Assembly: GCF_006345805.1 (NCBI RefSeq)
Contig: NW_021835636.1
Span: 1 to 26,203, forward strand
Source: Octopus sinensis
Taxonomy: Eukaryota
Direction: 5' to 3'
DNA: 26,203 nt
Below the pieces are notes generated by a model that was given only the letters and a program-made list of their open reading frames with translations, searched no databases and was not told the DNA's origin. Positions 19,831 to 26,203 of this stretch are shown here, one piece after another (within the stretch, counting starts at the first letter, position 1; each line of letters opens with the position of its first letter). Made by a program: the position numbers and the translations under genes.

Positions 19831-21390
19831 GTATACATAGACAAACACACGTGTAAGCATACGCACGCACGCACACACACACGTAAGTTTATGCAAGTAT
19901 TATATACTTGCATACACCTGTATAATTATGGCTCTGGTAACATCCTCACAATGAGATTCATAGAAATGTTGTCGCTAAATCCTGTGCATCACAGGCTGCA
20001 ACAGTTACCATTCTCTCACTCCACACGACAGACATGTCTCACCTGCACACTTCATCCTATCAACAACTTCCAACAGAAAATGCCTTCCTTTTATGCGTTG
20101 CATCTCTCCTGAATTCTTACATGTGCAACCAGTAAACATTTAAAAAGTTTAGTCAGCATTTAAATCTAGTCTTGTCGACTGCAGTTTTTGTGCCTCTAGC
20201 AACAAACAGCTCTCCTAAGAGATTTCCTATTCCACTTACGAGAGGCGATTCAAGTCTTTCAGAACCAGCTCCCCTGCAATTCTTGACTTCGTCCCTTGAG
20301 GCAGAGGTTAGGACTCACCTAAAAGACACAAGTGAACGTCTGGAAACAGCAGTCTATATCTGACCAACTCAGACTGGTTTGCCAGCTCCAAAAGGCAACG
20401 AAAAATGCTCATTTTCTAAGAATTCACCCAACAGTGAATCAATATTCTTTACTTAATATCGTCACCTATTTCTTAACGTCTCCATTTTCCTGGTGTATAT
20501 ATTTTATCGCCTGCCGTCTTCTTTCTATCGTTTAAACACAGCAGACACGGCAGAATCGTATCGAAACTGTTCAGAAGTATTTCAGGAGGAAAAAGAAAGC
20601 AAAGCCACCTCAGTGATCAAAAGCAAAATCTATTCAAACAAACCTAAAACATACAAGTCACCATACGACATTATGTGATGTAATATAGTTTTGTGTATAG
20701 AAAGTATTAGATTTGATGTGAACCTTGTTGTTAATGTCAACCAGTGTGTTATGTATTCTTTTGGTTCGAGGTGAGATAATAAACAACTCACTGAAGGCAT
20801 TTTTATGATTCTACCCGTTTCTTTACTTGGCATGTTCACAAACTGTAAATGTACAGCGGAGTGATACACACTGTGCGTATCCGCCTTAGACACAGTTCAT
20901 ACTGTTTACTAATAGTACTAATAGTGGGGATGTATTCATATATACGTATATCTACGCATACACATAGATATGAACGTGTAACATTAATAAACACCCACAT
21001 TACAATTATCTAAAGTGTGTATACATTCGCGTGGGGGACACCCTGTATATATACATGTACAACATGCTACTTTCAGTTTCTAAGAAGTTATAATAGAAAA
21101 TACTTGTTTGTGGTGTGAAGCTGTGAAACGCCTGCACCCGTGTGTGTGTGTGTTAAATAGTGTCCTTCCTTTTATAAAAAGAATTGACGGATTTCGGAAA
21201 TACGTGACTGCTATTTCTAAACATTTGTTTGTCCACATACAAACATTCTTAGGTAGTTCCGCGTAACTTTATCAGATGAGGGGGAAATACTCTGGTTTTC
21301 CACGTGATTTCTATCCCTTGACTAATTCCAATTTGACCGTTTTTTTTTGTCTTTCTTGAAATATTTTCCATTCGTACATTTGACAGTCTA

Positions 21391-21458
21391 CATCATCATC
21401 ATCATCATCACCACCACAATCATCATCATCATCACCCACCACCACCACTACCATCATC
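21391..21458. repeat. (CAT/CAC)n microsatellite
   Basis: Direct reading. Confidence 0.9.
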
Positions 21459-21544
21459 GTACTTTAGGTTCATTTCTTTCGTTGCAAAACTCGTGGCTTA
21501 TTTTTATTCCTGTTTTTGTTGTTTTATCATTATTCTCTAAGTCA

Positions 21545-21765
21545 AGGAGGTGAGCTGGCAGAATCATTAGCATTCTGGACAAAAAGCTTAGCGATATTTC
21601 GCTCATCGCTACGTTCTGAGTTCAAATTTCACTGAGGTCGACTTTACCTTTCATTATTTTGGGGTTGATAAATTAAGTACCAGTTGAGTACTGGAGGTCA
21701 ATGTAATCGACTATGCCCCTCCCACAAATTTCAGGCTTTGTGCCTATAATAGACAGGATCATTAT
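21545..21765 (+). mobile_element. SINE family C (CORE-like), solo copy
   Basis: ggtgagctggcagaatcattagc...gttctgagttcaaatt...gataaattaagtaccagttgagtactgg...aaatttcaggctttgtgcctata. Confidence 0.85.
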
Positions 21766-22244
21766 TCACTAAGTCCTACAGGAAACACAGTTTTATCATC
21801 ATTAAAATAGAAAGAAGTTTGAAAGAATGCATTTACAATGCTAAGTACAGAAGAATTTATTGTAAAAAATCTTTAGCCAACATCTTAAAGGTATTTAAAA
21901 ATGGGAAAATAAACTAAAAAGTAACCTAAAGTAATCTCCGTTTAGGTCGTGGATCCCATGCCAGAGTAACACCAGGCAGGCTTTAAAGGCTGTTTGATAT
22001 CACTGAACGATATCACACAGCAGTGTAAAAAGAACGGTTGCAAAAATTGATACGTCAAACCAAATGCTAAAGCATGAAGTCTGTAACATCCTTCGGTTCC
22101 TGCAACTGACTCTTCAATAAACATTCGCTTTCTGTTGACCTCTCGTTTGAACCCAGGTGCGTAGGACTAGCCTACCTAAGCCAACACAAGAAAACAAACA
22201 TTCTCTATACTATAAACAATAATGTATGGCCCGGGTAACTATGT

Positions 22245-22692
22245 ACCTCCTCTACTGAAACAAACCTGTTTCCGTCTCAGTGTAAGCTTTCATCATCTGA
22301 CACAAGATCATCTCCTCCAATGTCCCCTCCCTTCTCAAAGGACCTTTGTCTTTCAAGTCACTTGGTGGCCCTGCTAGCGCTGGTGCCATGTGAAAAGCAT
22401 TCAGTCCACACTGTGTAGTGGTTGGCATTTGGAAAGGCATCAAACTGTGAGAACCTTGCCAAAACTGACCTCGCCTGTGCTTGTGCCATGTAAAAAAAGG
22501 TCCACTCTGCTGGGTGATTGGTTTTAGGAAGGGCATCCAGCCATAAAAACCCTGATAAAAGAGATTAGAGAAGTCTGGTGCCAGCTGCTGCCTAGCCAAC
22601 TCCTGTCAAACCGTCCAACCCATGCCAGCATGGAAGGCAGATGTTCAATGATTATGATAATCATGATGATGACGCCGATGGTGATGATGATG
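22245..22692 (+). mobile_element. SINE family B variant with (GAT)n tail
   Basis: ttaggaagggcatccagcc...aaaccgtccaacccatgccagcatggaa...gatgatg, with a duplicated internal gccatgt(g/a)aaa unit. Confidence 0.8.
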
Positions 22693-23269
22693 GTTTCCTT
22701 TAAACTTGAAATGAAGTGTGACCTGAAGTGCAACCTTAAAACAAATTGTGATTGGTACACCATTTCACGTCTTGAAGGCTATGTTATTTTGGGGGATTTT
22801 TTTTTTATATTTGTGACCCAAGAGCAGGAGAAAGCTATGGAGTATCTAATGAACAGATGAGACAGTGAAACCCTTAAATTGCCAACCAAGATACACAACA
22901 GTAAATGTTGACCGTGCAATAACACATGTGATCATCAGCTGCCTGAATGTCACCGAGGGGCTTCTCCCCCCCACTGTCACATGATGTTTTGGCTACAGCA
23001 AGATACAATACCAACCTCAGCAAAGACTGCCGCAGGATAAATATATTCAACACCTCTGCTAAGAAATACACACACCGACACACATACATATCTTTACATA
23101 CACAGACAGACAGATAACTAGAGATACACGTACATATAGATATATATATATATATATACATATATACATCTGTAATACAATCAGTGGGAAGGTGAACATT
23201 TATGGGTAACTGCTTTGAAACCTAAAGTTCCTCTACGTTGATTATAAATCCATATTAATTCCAATTATT

Positions 23270-24000
23270 ACTGACATTTTCAGGCATGCTTCAGTGTGCC
23301 CCATTCCAAATAAAGGCAGCTCGTTTAACCCAATCAAGTATCACGCTATGGCTCTCACCTCAAACATCTCCCAGATAATGAAAACAATGACCTTCTCCAA
23401 CACGTTGAATCCCTCTCTCAGCCCAGTGACCATTAGCACATCTTGTGTTGAGCCAGATCCATTGGGGACCGACGGTTTCTTGTCATTCACCAGCCGGATG
23501 ACATTTCTGAGATATTCAGTAAAAGCCACGTTGTTACCCCAAGACAACAAGAAAACTTTTGTCCCTGTCTGGGATGTGAATCTCCTACAAAAAAAGAAAA
23601 GAAAATCCCACGTATGGTTTCTACCCATTTCGCACCTCTTCAGTCAGTAGCTTCCAATCAGATCACACCATTGCAACTTATGTTGATGGAGCTCATTCCA
23701 TCTCATTCAAAATTAACTCTCGTGTACTTCCAGGGTTTGGTTCTGTCACATCTTCTCTTCCTTCCATAAGCCAATCACCTGCTTATTGCTAAATCCAACA
23801 ATGACCATCCTCATGGAGTCAATATGAACCTTCATTCCTCACCAATCAGCCTCAACCATTCACCCTGGACCACGTCCAAATAAGGGCTGCTCAACTGATT
23901 GGCATTAAACCCCTATAGAACAGACTCTTTACTCTCCGGCATGTTTCCATCATGCCTGTGAAGGTCGCTGTTCATGTCCCTCTCCCATTCAGCAACCACA
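23270..24000 (+). mobile_element. Degraded non-LTR retrotransposon (CR1/Jockey-like) reverse transcriptase remnant
   Basis: Frame-broken RT motifs: HASVCPIPNKGSSFNPIKYHAMALTSNISQIM (cf. A.V.PIPKKGD...NYRPIALTS.ISK), ARSIGD, YGFYP, IATYVDGAHSISFKINS.V.QG.VLS (cf. GVPQGSVLS), LDHVQIRAAQLI. Confidence 0.85.
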
Positions 24001-24394
24001 GATCCGCTCCTCTCTCTCACCTCTCTCAAATCCAAACTTCAGTCCTGGTCTGACCAATCCACGCCGTCCTTCTTTCCTCCCTGAAACATCGACCCACCAT
24101 AATTGTCTTCTCCCTGCTCATATCTTTCTTGCAGGGGTTAGACCAGAACATTAATGACATGAAACTCAATGGTGTTGGAGGGTCTGCAGAGGCCATGGGC
24201 TCTGCCCCGCCTTCCAGACTAAGCAAATAAAAACACATACATACATGCATGATGTATACACACATATACTTGTATATACATACAGCATCTTTCCATAAAT
24301 GCACACTTTCAGCATCCATTAATACAAATACACATCTACACATACATACACACGTAAAAACGTATATAGAGTCTAATACACACACACACACACA

Positions 24395-25100
24395 TCTTCT
24401 ATATTTATAAAATTGAGTTTGTGTGTGTGTGTGTCTGTGTGTCAGTGTGTCTGTAGCCATTTATGTTTTTTATAGAAATCCACATTCAATGGTCCGATTG
24501 ACCTCAAATTTTATACACATGCTCCACAAGGTCAGAGTTAGATCATGGAGAGGAAATCACCCCCGTGACCTGCATGCATGATCGGGGGGCATACACATAA
24601 AATGACCTTATGCGCACATGTGTTGCTGAACTTTTGTTCACGCCTGAATTGCTCCATTTTACACGTTAATGTGTTATTTTGCGGGGAGAGAGCAAAAAGG
24701 ATCATGCACCAACACGTTTTGCACCTCTAGCTACCCTTTTGACACATGTTTTGGCCCAATAAATGAAGCACTTACCCTTTCTTTGCCAGGGTTCAATGTA
24801 ATGCTACCTTAAAAAAGCCAGTTGCCGAACGTTTAGTCATTCCATTGCTACACGTTTTACTTTGAAGAAAGACAGCAAAAGAACCCATGTTCCATACTCT
24901 TTGCAAGTTCCAATGTGTAACATTGAGCAATAGGCGTCTTAGTCGAGGGCCATAGCGGTGGTTCATTGTAAAAAAATCACGTCAAAGCTTTTGAAGCCCT
25001 ATTACTGCTTGCAATAGCTTCTCCGTTAACCATACCCATGCCTTACTTGCTGCGTATGGTGCTACTTAGGGAGTAGAGAAAACAAATTGGCACTCAAGAT
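24395..25100 (+). mobile_element. Possible non-autonomous Helitron-like element
   Basis: A|TC start (tcttctatatttataaaattgag), then a (GT/GTCT) microsatellite and ccgattgacctcaaattttatacac, a layout I recall from non-autonomous Helitron/HINE elements. No convincing CTRR 3' end found, so the end coordinate is approximate. Confidence 0.35.
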
Positions 25101-25224
25101 TTTCTCATGTAAATTTTAATAAATTAGAAAGTTCTGTTGTTCAGTTAAATGTTTATTTCTAGAATTTATCTCTATAGAAATGATGAATCTGTATTTTTTA
25201 AGTAGCCTCTCTATCTTACACTGT

Positions 25225-25243
25225 TGTTTCTTTATTATTTCAG
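25225..25243 (+). other. Candidate splice acceptor for the exon carrying the zinc-finger ORF
   Basis: Pyrimidine tract and AG (gttgtttctttattatttcag), about 765 bp upstream of the ZNF ATG. Motif only. Confidence 0.3.
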
Positions 25244-25566
25244 AATATCAGATGACATTGGCATAACTGAAGATACATTCTCATTATTTATCATCTTTTA
25301 AAGACCAAAATGGAAATATTGTACAGAACAGATATATAAGATTGTTTCTATAAATCTATGGCAGAATTCCTCTGATATATTTACTCTGAAATGTGTTATT
25401 AGCAAACCTTCTGGACATCACTGGCTGGAGTGTCTACAAGATGAGCCTATTTTCAGATTAAATGTGGATAAATTTAGTTGTTTTGTGACAAGGGTAACAC
25501 TGGATAGAAATACAGTAATCTAAATATTTGGAAACAAAAGACTATAGAAGCAAAATGAAAATATAT

Positions 25567-25738
25567 AGGGGCAGGAGTGGCTGTGTGGTAAGTAGCTTGC
25601 TAACCAACCACATAGTTCTGGGTTCAGTCCCACTGCGTGGCATCTTGGGCAAGTGTCTTCTGCTATAGCTCCGGGCCAACCAATGCCTTGTGAGTGGATT
25701 TGGTAGACGGAAAATGAAAGAAGCCTGTCATATATATG

Positions 25739-25769
<31 letters not shown>

Positions 25770-25970
25770 TTGTGTGTCTCTGTTTGTCCCCCTAGCATTG
25801 CTTGACAACCGATGCTGGCGTGTTTACGTCCCTGTCACTTAGCAGTTCGGCAAAAAGAGACCAATAGAATAAGTACTGGTCTTACAAAGAATAAGTCCCG
25901 GGGTCGATTTGCTCAACTAAAGGCAGTGCTCCAGCATGGCCGCAGTCAAATGACTGAAACAAGTAAAAGA
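25567..25970 (+). mobile_element. SINE family A, full length
   Basis: Complete head (A/B-box-like), central microsatellite and 3' tail. Ends about 38 bp before the ZNF ATG. Confidence 0.9.
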
Positions 25971-25981
25971 AAAAAATATAA

Positions 25982-26203
<222 letters not shown>

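Noticed and set aside
1298-19913. Many 60-150-aa ORFs rich in CVCV, YIYI, HTHT or NNN
   Set aside because: Translations of (TG)n, (TA)n, (CA)n and (AAT)n microsatellites or of SINE bodies.
20040-20680. Higher-complexity unique block that looked coding
   Set aside because: Every frame I translated has several stops and no recognisable motif; it may be an old transposon but I cannot support that.

Overview
AT-rich, microsatellite-dense animal genomic DNA, most likely Octopus (inferred from the SINE families and the style of the C2H2 gene; not confirmed). The main feature is an intronless + strand coding region. The 1358-aa ORF at 10659-14735 is only its 3' part: adding back five short deletions (7 nt in total, all in A/T/TA runs between 9327 and 10617) joins four upstream ORFs into one stop-free frame, 9181-14735, of 1853 aa. 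That protein has a charged/helical N-terminus and about six tandem, highly diverged NHL-type beta-propeller modules. A G.U-biased hairpin lies about 400 bp upstream. Downstream are a tRNA-like fragment, a 460-bp CAT/CGT array and a degenerate ~100-bp satellite. The rest is three SINE families (one as a 4-copy tandem array), a mariner MITE, a ~105-bp-arm palindrome, LINE RT remnants, a possible Helitron-like element and the start of a C2H2 zinc-finger gene at the right edge. No CRISPR array, rRNA or intact tRNA was seen. All family assignments are by eye, without database searches.
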